Shown here: one piece after another, positions 27,501-40,665 of the stretch
How positions within the stretch are numbered: the first letter of the stretch is position 1
Layout of the letters: each line of letters starts with the position of its first letter
Source of the DNA: Adineta vaga
Taxonomy: Eukaryota; Animalia; Rotifera
Length of the DNA stretch: 64,000 bases
Reading direction: 5' to 3'
NCBI GenBank assembly: GCA_021613535.1
Contig: CP075492.1
Span: 13,206,001-13,270,000, forward strand
The notes under the pieces: generated by a model
What the model was told of the DNA's origin: nothing
Database searches by the model: none
What the model saw: only the letters and a program-made list of their open reading frames with translations
Made by a program: the position numbers and the translations under genes

Positions 27501-30500
27501 GGCTGGTCCAATAGAGGTCAAGTCTATACTGCTGGAGTACACAGTTTTATAAAAACTATTGACGTTATGAAAAACGATACTATCGTATTATTGATCAATT
27601 GTGATCAACGAAAGATCGAAATGAAAAATGAAAGATTGAATCGTACTCAAGAGCTGTCGATTGACGTCGATAAATGCTCATTTCCATGGCAACTTCATCT
27701 AAATCTTCATGCAGCAAATACTGCAGTACGTATATTGTCAACTACTGATTAAATACAAAACAATTTCATCAAATATTTACTTCTAATTGAAGACTTCAAA
27801 CTTTAAGTTTTATTATTGTCTTAAATAAAAAGAAAAACATTCTATAGCTAGATACTACCAACATATGAGATTTACGGAGTTTCATATAACAACTTTACTC
27901 TTCTCATATACAGCGTTGATCAGATCATTATCAAGCATATAAATTCATTCAACTCCCAGAGGTAACACATATTAGGCTATCAAGATACTTTCCGAAAAGA
28001 TCATCTTACCTTCATAGCATCAGTTCCTGCATATTGTCTACTAATTGCATCTCCATTATCTGCCCACATTGTCTGAAAAATAATTCTTGCATGATCATTC
28101 AGACCACCAGCATCCAAATCTAATAAACCCACTTTTTTCAACTAGAAAAAGAAATCACAAAAATATGTCAAAGAATTGATTCACAAGAGAGAATCCTCAT
28201 ACCATAATTTCTAGAATAGTCTTTGCAATAGCAGCTTGTACAACATTCGTTCGATCGAGACAATCAACACAATTAATACGAAATACACTTGTTTGATCAC
28301 TGAGTACCGTATTTTTTTCCGTATTAATCCTATAGTTATTATTCAAGATAGAAATTATCTCATTAGAATCCAAACAAACCAAGAAAATCGCATTTCTCGA
28401 AACATATTTTTCTCATCCAAAAGTTGTAAAAGTGTCATTACATTTCCAAACTGTAACCCTTTGCTAAACACAGACATCAACTAAAGTAAAACCGTCATAA
28501 AATAAATCTTACCAATACTCATGAAAATCGAACGTAATATATGATAGATGTGAACTGTTATATTTCATAATATGTTCAAAAAATGTATCATTAAGAATAT
28601 TTTCTTTTCCCCATTCATCGACAAGACTAATCAATACAAGTTGATTGCCTTTTGTTCTTTCCAATTGTTCGTCAATATGTTTGATAAATGCTTCATGAGA
28701 TTCATTAAAACCTACGCAAAACAAAACATTCTAATCAAATTATAAATTATTTATCATAAATTTTTCTTTAGAAGTCATCCATAAAGTATATCATTCGATA
28801 TTGTATATGACAGAAAAAAAACAACGAGTAGCTCAAATGTTATTCTAACTTAATTATTCTTGAAGTTCATTGTTGTTACATCGATGTATTCTATAGCAAT
28901 GACACTTAATCCTGAGAGAAGAAAAACTATCCAGCAAAAGATATTTTTTCCGCAAAAAGGATTTCATATTCGTTAGTTGTATTAATTCTTCTTTCTTCTT
29001 GTAAAATCCAGTAATACTTGTCAGATACGATGATCTTCTTCTGGCTCGTCTACTAAATGACTTTTATTTGATCGACAACAAGAAGAAAGAATAATAATAG
29101 TTATTCTTCTTTCTTTCTTTCTCTATCTCTCTCTCTCTCGCTACATATATATATATATATCTATATTTTTTTTTCTTCTATCCACACGATTTGATGATGG
29201 TTGGAAGAAATAATACCGAACTTGTTCTACTTTCCGATTCATCTTCAATGTTAATGTTGGTATTAATCGGAATCATTCTTTTTACAATAACAATTTGGAC
29301 AATTATTGGAAATATAATTGTTATTCTAGCATTTATTACTGATAAGAAAATTCGACAAGGTGGAATGTCAAATTATTTGATACTTAATTTAGCAATTAGT
29401 GATTTATTGTTAGGTATAGCCGTGTTACCATTTTCAGCATCCTATTCAACATTTCATATATGGTATTTCGGAAAATTTCTTTGTGAAATGTGGTTAATTA
29501 TCGATGTTCTCTGTTCAACAGCATCAATCTGGGTAATTTTATTAAATAGTATCATCTCTAAAAACAAAATGTTCTATATCTACTTAGGGTCTTCTAATGA
29601 TCGCTTTTGATCGTTATATCGCAACAAATTATCCTATATATTATCGTCATCATCGACATTCTATTTCACGTGCATTATGCACAATCTGTATTGCATGGTT
29701 TGTCTCTCTAATTATTTGTCTTCTACCAACATTAATATTCGAAAAAAAATCTAAACTATCTTCTAATCATCTTCAAACGAAATATAACGAACAAACATAT
29801 CAATGTGAATTGTATAAAGATTCAAATTTTGTTATTACAAGTTCTCTCTTATCATTTTATATTCCATTAATTATCATGATATTTTTATATGGAAAAGTTC
29901 TCTATGCAATCAAACAACAATCACACATTCGTCATAAAGTAAATGGTACACATAAAACTCTTCAGGAGAATTCTTCGCATCAAGTTTATCTTAATACAAA
30001 TGAGGAAGATTTATCTTCATCCGATCAACAACAAATCGGTCGACGAGAATTAACTGCGGAAGTTCGTATAACTCGTTCATTAGCTATTGTTATCGGTTGT
30101 TTTATATGCTGTTGGTTACCATTCTTTACTTTGTATATTATTCGAGCTGTTTGTCATTGTTTAAGTTTTAATGCGATTGAATTCTTCTTTTGGTTAGGAT
30201 ATTCCAATTCATCAATTAATCCTATACTCTATGCAATATTAAATAAAAACTTTCGTGATGCTTTTAAAAATATGATTTGGAAGGAAAATTATTCGTCTTA
30301 AAAAATCATTCGAAATAAATAGAAATGTTTTGATATTCAAATGAGAAGAATTTCTATATAGAAACAGTATTCTTTTCTCTTGTTCTGGTCACGACATGCG
30401 GAAATGACATTGGAATACTGATCATCTACTAAACAAACTTGTGATTAATTAACTTTATATTTATTCTTTTTTCCATAATATCCATCGATATTATTTACAA

Positions 30501-32671
30501 ATATAAACATGCAACAGATGTCTTTCATTTAGTTTAGATCGATAGAACTTTTCTCCTCTTTGTTTTTTCTTCTTCTACATTTTCTCAATAATCTGAACAA
30601 GTTTGTTTACAACTAATTTAATTAGATCAAATTATTGAATTCAAGCTTATCTATTCATTCTTATGATGTACTTATATAAAAACAATTAACAAACTAAAAG
30701 AATAAGAATAGGAGTACAACAAATCCTAGTGAAGATTAGGATTTGGATTTTACATTTGAACTCATCTAATATCAAAGTCACATGTATTCCAGAGATCAAA
30801 TCCAAGTCTTTGGATTTGTTGCACCACTAAATAAGAATATCTCTAGTGATTATGTTAACCTTGACAAAAACGATGATTTTTTTTTCGAAATATGAAAATT
30901 TGTTGAGTCTAAACACGTACGATCGATTTGCAGATCACTATAATCAGTTAAACTATTCGGTAGAAATTCTCTATATAAATATATATATATATATATAATA
31001 CATCATTAAGCAACCGACAACTTTTTATCATCAAAACAAGAAGAAAAAAGAAATCTATCAGTCGAAGATCATCAATAATAATGAGGAAATATTGTCTCGA
31101 TCTTTTACACATGGAAACATGACATTTATGTCTCGTTTCATGTATATTTATCATCGATAAATGGAATCATTTTTTGTTATTATAGGAGATTTCTATTTTA
31201 GGAAATGAATCGTTATTGATACTTAGTTTGAAAAAGTTTTTTTTGAATCAATATATGAGATGATGAGATAGAAGGTTAAATGATCTATTCGAATGGAAAA
31301 TGTCAATGGATGATTAGAGATATGGCAAAACTGTCAGTGAAAATAACTAATATCTAAAGGAGTCAATTGACATAAGTGATCAATAAAGTGATGAAAAACA
31401 GTCAGATGAATGTCATTGACCTTTTTCTTGTTGTTTTCAACTTACTTCGATCAATTTTAGGTGGTGGTCGATATCGTATTCCAGGTTGTGACCAATAAAA
31501 TGGTACCGAACCTCGAATCATAACAAATGACATTATATTCGTGCTTGTTCGAAGAATCTACAAGACCAAAATAGATTTTTCAAACAAAATTTTTGGATTT
31601 ATTAATACTAACTTGTTCAGTTTCAACATAATTAGCAACATTTCCATCCTCATCAATACCTCGACAATGCATACGAACACCTGCTCGATGACGATTTCGT
31701 CTTGAAATAAGAATTAATTGAGCATTTGTACCGTCATTCACTTGAAAATTACATTCATTTAAGTAACCCATAATAATTGGTTGAATCCATCGTGTATCAA
31801 AATGTTCTCTCTATTCGTGGATAAAATATTCAAAAAACAAACTGAAAATCAATCAAATGAATTCTTATACATCGGCTTGTTTAATCAATTCATTGAGCAT
31901 TTGTCGATTCCAAAAGAATCTATCGTCAGCACATATCCACAATGGAATAGTTTTATCTTGATCAAATGAACGTTGCATTGTATTTGTTAAATCATAAGTA
32001 CGACTATAATAGAAACATTGAGTTTCTTGATACCACAAACGAAGTTCCTTAATAAAAACAAATTCTTGTTGTTTTGTTTTTTCATTCAATAAAGATTAGT
32101 GAGAATTATATTATTTACATCGATACATTTCGATTCATATTTATTGTTATTCGTGACATTTATTCTACCAGTTGAATCCTTAATGTAGATTATATTATAT
32201 CGATAAAATGAAAATAAAATTCAATAAATTTACTTCATCAACATTATCAAATGGTTGAACAAGAATATCTGTAACACGATAGATTTCATGTTCATTATGC
32301 ATGATACAAATCATTTCTTGATTCTTGATAAATATTAACCAATGAAGACCATCTTTTCAAAAGAATAAATCAATGGAAAACTTTCATATCCGACTAATTT
32401 TATCTATTTTACCTTTAACAATTTGAATTTGTCCAATATAACCATAAATATCACTCACATATGAAGCATCCCATGCTGATGATGGTGATAAAATGTCGTC
32501 AGATATTGGTTCTAGATGAATTCTTATCGAATAAAAAATACGATTGCAAAGAAAACTAAACATACCTGGTTTAGTGTATACAGATAGACTTCTTCTATTA
32601 AACCATAGACTATGTTCATCCGTCGTAACAATCCATGAATCTTTTGCTTTGTACAGTTTCATTCTCAACAT
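24526..32671 (-). CDS. INPP5F: SAC-domain phosphoinositide phosphatase SAC2/INPP5F, multi-exon with two very large introns
   Basis: FYYSRTYDLTNTMQR, ADDRFFWN, LISRRNRHRAGVR, IRGSVPFYWSQPG, FDFHEY, catalytic FRINCVDCLDRTNVVQ (CX5RT), WADNGDAISRQYAGTDAMK|GDFTRTG, followed by an hSac2-like C-terminal region. Confidence 0.88.
26318..26390 (+). tRNA. tRNA-Ala(AGC), inside a SAC2 intron
   Basis: GGGGATGTAGCTCATATGGTAGAGC, anticodon arm CTCGC-TTAGCAT-GCGAG, G3:U70 Ala identity pair, GATCGATG T-loop, downstream TTTTTT terminator; one U:U mismatch in the acceptor stem. Confidence 0.93.
26739..27752 (+). CDS. B-box-like zinc finger / coiled-coil / SPRY-like protein, intronless, nested in a SAC2 intron
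   Basis: CVIC...FKCEGCSQVFCPKHSTDHR, coiled-coil, C-terminal MRGKNEYSNG...WVFFGIIS...LLINCDQRKI...FPWQLHLNL. Confidence 0.8.
   Translation: METPAETTKVLCVICTKAKGIFKCEGCSQVFCPKHSTDHRNELSKQLDEIALTHDLIQQTLNQQTKDPQQHPLLKKINQWESKSMNKIRQMAEEIRNEVLKSSVQHTTGLKQKLQLVSSELRQGREENDFSEIDLHQWIQKLEELKNELHNPTTINIQEDSTTLISKIRIARQNTSDIFERVCGTVDIRDNGYLVVKHNSNDHTEMRGKNEYSNGIHTLQFRIEQLIQNGWVFFGIISKLEPMRTLSYYSPSTHGWSNRGQVYTAGVHSFIKTIDVMKNDTIVLLINCDQRKIEMKNERLNRTQELSIDVDKCSFPWQLHLNLHAANTAVRILSTTD
29110..29165. repeat. Compound (CT)n/(AT)n microsatellite immediately upstream of the aminergic GPCR
   Basis: ctctatctctctctctctcg...atatatatatatatat. Confidence 0.8.
29194..30301 (+). CDS. Biogenic amine GPCR (octopamine/tyramine/alpha-adrenergic-like), 2 exons, nested in a SAC2 intron
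   Basis: GNIIV, NLAISDLLLGIAVLPFS, DVLCSTASIW|GLLMIAFDRY (D3.32), SSLLSFYIP, CWLPFF, FWLGYSNSSINPILY; intron ~29533-29588. Confidence 0.9.
30709..30829. mobile_element. Non-autonomous hAT-type MITE, 121 bp
   Basis: 18-bp TIRs TAGGAGTACAACAAATCC / GGATTTGTTGCACCACTA (15/18 match); perfect 8-bp TSD AATAAGAA at 30701-30708 and 30830-30837; subterminal AAATCC/GGATTT hairpins. Confidence 0.8.
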
Positions 32672-32838
32672 CTACATGGACAATTTCAAGTACAAATCAT
32701 TGAAATTTAGTAAATTAACATAAGAAAAAACAAGATATGGAAAATGTCTATATATTTTGAATGTTATTGTTATTAAGATGAATATATATATATATACATA
32801 AATATGATACAAAACAGAAAAAAATTCGACAATAGTTA

Positions 32839-33465
32839 TCAATCATCATAATTATCATCATCGGTTCTTGTGGCTTCGATTTTTTTTCGTAAAACTTCTT
32901 TGGATAATTCTTGTGTTCGTGCCCAATCATCTTCTTCTAATTGTTGAGCTTCTTCACGAGCCTAAATATTTTCAATAGAATCAACATGTATTTTTGTAAA
33001 GATTAAATTTACTTGTTGAAATAAAAGTTCTTGCTGTTGTCTTAATTCTTCATCTGTATAGATCGATGTCGATTTTCCATGAAGTTTTCGACGTTTTAGT
33101 GCCATTTCAGCTTGAGCTATTTCCATCGCATGTAAACAATTTGGTCGATACGAATTAAAACCCAAATTTCCCAAAGCTAAAGTATGTATTGAATTTCATT
33201 ATTCGAAGTTGAAATCATTAATGTAATTCTTACCGGCAATGATATGATCAGGATGAACAAGTTTTTTTGTTTGTTGTTCACAAACTGTATTTGCTTGTAA
33301 AGCTAATGTATGAATAAATTCATTACAACATTGAACAAAAAATTCTTTGGCTTCACTAGAAACACGTATATGTTGAGTACACTCTTTTATCATTTTATGT
33401 ACGGCTGCACGTGGAACACATTTATCATCTTCTTCATTACTAATATGATCAGGAGAATTTAACAT
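32839..33465 (-). CDS. DR1: Dr1 / negative cofactor 2 beta (histone fold), 3 exons
   Basis: EDDKCVPRAAVHKMIKE...IRVSSEAKE...CCNEFIH...CEQQTKKLVHPDHIIA|ALGNLGF, EELRQQQELLFQQAR. Confidence 0.9.
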
Positions 33466-34209
33466 CTAGAATAAAATATGAATAGTAATTCAAATCGACT
33501 CGATCCTTCTCTTTTTTTTTGCACTTTCCTATCATGTAGAGAAATAAAAAGACAAGAATAAATATTGGACTTTCGAAAGAGATAAGGAAAAGAGATATCA
33601 AGTTCACACACTATATGTACGTATGTCAACTGATGCGAAGGTTATGCACATTTGTGAGTAATCGAATAGTTATCTTTACAAGAGTGACTCCTGTTTTTAG
33701 TACGATTATCTATCGATGAATCACAATGAAACTATGTCTGTAAGTAGGATGTTCTCAATAGGAATAGTTAGATATTAAACATTATCACACGTAAATTGAA
33801 CAACAATTATTCGATTCTTATATCTCATGAGAATTGTTCCGATTGAACGAAAGAGAATTCAAGTGTATCTACAAACTATTCTTATTCGTAAACAATCATC
33901 ATCAAATTAATCATACGAGTTAAATTGATTGTTTCACTAAAATACTTGGTAAGTAATCTAATATTAAAAACACGTACACACACACACACTAAATAAATAA
34001 ATTAGTTTTTTTTTATTGAAATTATAAAAACAAACATAACACAAAAACGGATTAATTGATTATTAGTAAATGTTCGTTTTCTCAGTGATTATCGATGACT
34101 AGTAAGAAAAATGAATGAAAGATTCATGTTTATAAATACTTAGTTTTGTTTTGTTTTGTTTTTTTCAGTTTTCAATTATCATGATTTAGATGAAAGAAAG
34201 ACGAAATGA

Positions 34210-35619
34210 CTAGATAAATTTGTTCGGAGGAAATAGATGCATCCAAAGATAACTAATTGGTAAACCAAATAGACAAACTTTTAAATAGAGTGACCGACCT
34301 TGTGGTGTAATGAGTAAAAGAAATGTTGTTAGAAGAAAAAATATTGCTGGTAAAAGTGTTAAGTTTAAACTAGATTGAACACGAACACCTTCACGATTTG
34401 ACTCAAAATGTAAATTCTTTCGATTTGGATCATAAAAATGCTTTAATAATCTAAAAATAAAACGATCAATCATGTGTATGATTTCTTTTGTTGTTTTCTT
34501 ACTTGTCCTTGATTAAAAATCGTTGATAGAGCCAATTAGATATTTGTTCATTTGTTTCGGTTGAAATTGAATTCATTGGAATTCTTTTTATATAGATATG
34601 TAACTCTTTTGTTTGTCCTCGTAAATATTCTGCAATATATATTTTTGTTTTTCTAAATCAAGAAAATCATTCGAAAACAAGTTGTTTATTTACCAATCAT
34701 GGATGATGCACCTAATCGTACATGTCGATTATTATCATATGTTGGAGAATACATCGTAGTTATATCATAAACAGCATCGAATTTATCTTTAAGAGCATTT
34801 ATCGCAGCTATCGTCGCACCCATTCGAGGATAGAGAAGATTATCAAGTGGAACAACACCTGAAAATTAAAATCGTATAGTTTATCAATAACTTCTTTTTT
34901 TTAACCTTTTTTCTCGGCAAATTGACGTGATCGTTCGATAACATCTGAATTCTTTTCTGGATTATAACGAGTACCTTCAGGAAATATAACAAGCCAAACA
35001 GGTAATCCATTGGATTTTATTTGACATATGCCTTTTTCAATACGATCAAGATCTTTTTTATCATTTCGATGGACATATATGCACCCATGCTAAAGAAAAT
35101 TATTCAATTTTAATTTGTTTATCTTTCTTAAATTGACATTATTTACTTGTTCAAAATAGAAACCATAAAATGGTATCCATTTTAAATCACTTTTCAGAAC
35201 ATATCGAATATGACCGAGACTACCCTGACGAACAGCTAACATATTAGCAATAATCCAATCGACTAAAACAAAAGAAAAGAACGAAATTTTCGAAAAAGAA
35301 AGATAATCTTTAATGTACCAGAACTTTGATGATTGGATAGATACAAGACATTTTCTTTTCGTTTGAAAATTTCTTCATAATCACCATGAAAATAAATCTT
35401 GACTTGACTCCAACTTTCGAAATAGAAGAGAACGAATCGTTGATAGAGTGAATATAAATAATCATCATAACGCCGATAAATTTGTGGTGAAAAACAAAGC
35501 AATGTAATCAGACGTAATAGAAACCAAAGTAAAAAAAATGTTGGTGCGGCTCCAAATAAAGTTAACACTGGAAAGGCAATACGCAATGTATTGATGACAA
35601 ATAATACATAGGTTCGCAT
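34210..35619 (-). CDS. AGPAT5: 1-acylglycerol-3-phosphate O-acyltransferase 5-like, multi-exon
   Basis: KENVLYLSNHQSS|VDW (NHX4D), GSLGHIRYVLK, WLVIFPEGTRYNP, DAVYDIT. Confidence 0.88.
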
Positions 35620-38600
35620 TGTTTGTTATCTAAAATACTTAACAAAATAAAAATTACAAAATGAAATTTCTTTTGTAAACTAACAATGAAGAAATAGAAA
35701 GTCTCAGAAGAATGTTATTAACAATGGAATAATTCAATCGTGATGCATTACTATCATTCCAGAGCAGAAAGAATAAAGGATGTTTGTTCTCTCAAGCACA
35801 TTGTTAAAAGACTATATAGAAGAAACTAAATATTGATGTTAATAAGCGATAAAATAGATCTCCTGTTTACGGAGCACTTATTGGATTTAAATAGAATAGA
35901 AAAGATGTTCATGAAATCAAACAAATTTCCTATTATTATTTCTAATTCTATGCTGCTAATCTAAATCCAATGGACGTATCTCATGAATAGTTCGTTGCTC
36001 AATGTATACTCTCTCTCTCTACGCTCCGTTGATTTCATAAAATCCACGTGCATCTATATCCCTTTCTAGTCTCTTCATTAAGGCAAATAATCATTCACTC
36101 AATTCATGCGTATACCCGTCTTCAGAAACAAAGGGGAAAAGAAAGAAATATCATTGGTATGTTCGGTAATATTTTATCAAAATGAAACTTTCATTGTAAA
36201 TATATTCTCATTATCTACTTCTCAGATAAGTAGTTTCATTTAACTAAGAAAAAGTACTCGTATGTTTGCTTAGAATTCATACGTATCAGAGATTCTACTG
36301 CTTGAATAACTCGATTAGAAAATATCTCGGCGGATGTAATAAACAAAAAAAAAGAGAAGAAAACTGATACCAAAATTACTGAATAGAATCAGAAATATAG
36401 GTGAGGAGAAACAAATTCTTATCGTATGTTTGACATTATAGAATGTGTATAATTCAACTAGTGAGAGAAATAATTGGATAGAACGAGTACGTGATTTATT
36501 ATAGGAGAGAATTCCATGTGTTTCTATCGATTTTTCAGAATGGAAAGATATTTTATTGAGCGGAAATAGGTTGAAGTGATCGTTACTAGGTTACATTTCC
36601 TGTCTATAAGTTTAACAATCAAAATTCACTACTTCGAATTCTATCAATTTGTTGTTTGAATTGAGAAAACTATTCATAGATTTTTCTTACTTACCGTAGA
36701 AGTTATATTACACATAAAATATCATTGAAATAAATAAAATCTGAAGAACATTGTTGGTATGTTGAATGATGCTTTAATAAAACAAAAGATTTCTGTTGAT
36801 GAATCACGGCACAACATACTTCTTTTATCTACAATATAAATGAATAATGGCATTGCATATAAAAATATCTGTCATTTTCATTGATGAATGACAAGAGATA
36901 AATAAAAAATTCATATATGAATTAATGTCAAGCAATGGAATTTCATAAAAAAAAGTCTTTATCAATCAGAAATATGTTTTAAGATAGGAAAAAAATTTAT
37001 GATTCTATTGTAGAACATACGTCATTTTGTTGTTGAATTAATGGAGTCATTCCTTTCTTTCTTTCTTTGATAACCTGTCATCTTATTGATGTATAGATAG
37101 TAGGGAAGGAGTAGAAGCTGTTGGACGAAGAAAAGATGCAAGTATTATTGGTTGGATTTAAAACCAACCTGAAAGGTTTTTCGAACCTTCGAACTGTCGT
37201 TTAAATTTACGTGAAATCATTTCTTTTTATTATCAGAAAATAAAGATTTTATACTAAAAACATGGTTAAAGAAAAATTAAAAAAAGATACAGATAATCCA
37301 ACCATAGAGAACTGCCATCTATCGATGATCTTGATTACTATTCACAGTTTAATATCTAACAAATTTTGATTCGGACGACTAATGTTCAAGATATTGTGTG
37401 CTTATCTAGAAGTGATCGACGATGTACGATTATTTCTGAGAAATTAGCATCATGTTTCAGTCATTCTGATAGATACTCACAGAAAAACATTGTGTATTAT
37501 TTCGTAATCATCAATTCTATCGATAAATCAACTGAACAATTTTTCATCGCTTTTATTATAATGAACTTGAGAAGAAATATTTCGACATCTAGATCCTTCG
37601 AAGTTTGCCCGACATGAAAATGATGATTTTCTGGATATTTCACAAACACTTTTTATTTATTTATCTACCTCATGTACTTCTCTCTAATATCCTGCTCATT
37701 TCCGATTATCGTATTTCCTTCATCATACAGCATAGAAGAAAAAAAAGACTAATCTTTGGTGTTGAATGAAAAACAAATAGTCAATTGTCTGACATATAAA
37801 TGAACAAATTCGCTCGTGCAAGAAGTTCTGAACATCATGGTAATGATCATTTAATAATCTTTTTAAAAATTGAATCAACTCATAAAACGTCCATCAATTA
37901 TATATCTATATATGTGTTCATTTACTACTCATTGAATGAAGTTGTTATTCTTCTTCTTTTTCATATCGACTTTAATTGGGCAGCCTGTCAAATAAAGAAA
38001 ATGACGTACACAACTAGTTTTTATGCCTTTCGGCTCCTGTCATTCAAGTAATAAACGAAAAGGGAGAAAAAAAACATGATTGAGTATTCGATTTCAGATT
38101 GAAATTCATTCCTATTAACAAAAAAAGCATTTACAATGATTCTTTCGTTGTATATGTCGATCGATACTGTAATTTGAAATGTGTATGTAAATAATAATTA
38201 TTAATGTCGTTGACAAACGATTAAATTGTATGTACACATAATTCATGCTAGACGATAAATTCTTTTTAATTATATTGACTTAATTTTCTTCGAAAGAAGT
38301 AGATGAAACTCATCGAAACATGGCATTTTCATTTTTTACAGTATTAATAATCTTCTATGAGAGCAATGAAACCATATCACAAAGAAAAGAAGAAGAAAAA
38401 ACTTCTGTATTTTGAGAATGTAATTTTCTTCTAATAGAAAGTAAATATTCGTTTTGTAACTGAGATACCATTCAAAGTTTTATGCATTTGATAATCTTCG
38501 AGAGCAAAAAGAATTTTACTTGATAACAATTTATTCGTAGTGAAATAATCGATTTCAACTAAAAACTCAGTTGATTTTTAACAGAAAATTCCTATTGAAT

Positions 38601-38679
38601 TATGAGTTGCTATTATTATTGTTATTCTTCATTTTCTCTTTTTCTCTCTCTTTCTCTTTCTCTCTCACTCTCTCTCAGC

Positions 38680-38730
38680 GATTACGCCAACCAATGAATG
38701 AATTAAACAAATAGAATCCTATTGGTTCAT
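38680..38730 (+). promoter_or_regulatory. Candidate unc-4 proximal promoter with two opposed CCAAT boxes after a CT-rich tract
   Basis: aaCCAATga and ctATTGGtt ~90-125 bp upstream of the ATG. Confidence 0.3.
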
Positions 38731-38813
38731 ATCAATAAAATTTCGTTTTTTTTCTTCTCTTCCTTCTTCTCTGCTAAAAAATCTTTTAATGATTTAGTTT
38801 GAAATAATTGAAA

Positions 38814-39553
38814 ATGTCGATAAGTCCATTGAATAAAACGTCTCTTCTCTATTCGAATATGTTAAAAAATCATTTCTTTTCACCATTCTTCATTCAATCA
38901 TTAATTACATCGAAACAAAATTCCATTCAACAAGATTTAGAAACTCATCATCTAAGTGCTGATGAAGATGAAGATAGCACCGATGATCATGATAATAAAC
39001 ATAAACGTACAAGAACAAATTTTACATCTACACAAATAGCTGAATTAGAAAAGGCTTTTCAAGATGGTAATATTCATTTGTTTATATTTAGAAAATGATT
39101 AGTATATCATTGTAATTATAGGTCATTATCCGGATATTTATATGCGTGAAGCATTAGCTATTAAATTAGATTTAATCGAATCTCGCGTACAAGTTTGGTT
39201 TCAAAATCGACGAGCTAAAGTAAGAGAAAACGATGATTTGATGTATTTTCTTTTGTTTATCTTTTTAGTGGAGAAAAATGGAAAATACAAAGAAAGGTCC
39301 AGGTCGTCCTGCACATAATGCTCATTTACAAACATGCTCAGGTGAACCAATCTCTCATGAAGAAATCGAACGGAAACGTTTATTAGTTGAAGAAAGAAAA
39401 CGACGAAAACACAATAAGAACTCTAAATCTTCCCATAGTGATGGGAATTCTTCGACATCATCCTCCGTATCTCCAAAGATAGTTAATAAATCATCCTATT
39501 CAATCGAACGAATTTTATATCAATCATCACCGACGAATCAAAAATCTTCTTAG
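38814..39553 (+). CDS. unc-4: UNC-4/Uncx paired-like homeodomain transcription factor, 3 exons
   Basis: [22 protein letters not shown]|[32 protein letters not shown]|[19 protein letters not shown]...TCSGEPI (UNC-4-specific extension); eh1-like YSIERIL. Confidence 0.93.
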
Positions 39554-40665
39554 AATAATTTCAATTGTTTAATTTTTCGCAAAAACACAAAACCCGGTTT
39601 ATACAGATAAAATATGTTCAAACGCCTTGAGGTGTTTTTTTCTCTTCTTTTTCTCATCTTGATTGTTACATCGATCAATATAATTATCATTTATTCACTC
39701 TCTCTCTTCCTTTTTGAATGATCGATCATGTTTGTCAATATGTTCAACTGAATATTTTGCGTTCATTTTCTCTGTTGATTTTGTAAAATAAAAACTTTTT
39801 TCTTCTTTTCTTTTACACGAAATTAATCGATCGTATTACTAAAGCTTAGTTATCATAGTCATTGTGATCAAAGAAGGAATTTACTAAAAGGGATCAATTA
39901 TCTTTCGAAAATGCAAACTTAATCCGGTCATTTGATAGTTAATTCATACAAATATATAAATAATAATAATTCTTGATCGAATTGAAACGAATGTTGATTG
40001 ATGTTTGTTAATGAAAATGTGCCTTGAGGAGAAATATTATTTCATCTTTCAATAGACTAATGATTAAATTTCTCTTGTGATTGTTCATAATCGAATGAAA
40101 TATAAAAAGCTTTAAGTGCATCATTATAATGACACATTAATGAAGTTCAACGCCCACATCAACAAACATACTCAACACGAGCGAAAAAAAAGATCATAAT
40201 CGATCTCAAACATCTTCACTCTTTTATCTCTACCGTAGTGAAAACTTTAAGACATGGAAACTAATTCATCATCGAATAATATAATGTATGTATGTATGTG
40301 TATTTTTCTATTCACTAAATCAATATTGAATGAGAAATATAACAGTATAGATCATATTTCTTAGTCTAAATGTATATTCACTAGTTATTCTGTCTGATAA
40401 AGATAGTTATCAAATGAATAGAAGGTCAAACATCATCAATGTATTGTGTTTGTTTTAACTATTCTTTTAACACATATGTCAATATCTATGCGGACAATCA
40501 ACACTTTTTTCAGTATCAAACACACACACACATATAGTTTATCCACAGATCTTGTTTTACAATTTGACAATCATTAATTACAGTTTTCTATTTTTTATAC
40601 AAATGATAAGTTTGATTCTACCAAAGAAGAGAAAAGAAATCACAATGATTACGATTTTAATATAG

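Noticed and set aside
37148-37195. Small inverted repeats (GGTTGG...CCAACC, AAGGTT...AACCTT, TTCGAA twice)
   Set aside because: Too short and no target-site duplication seen; not distinguishable from chance
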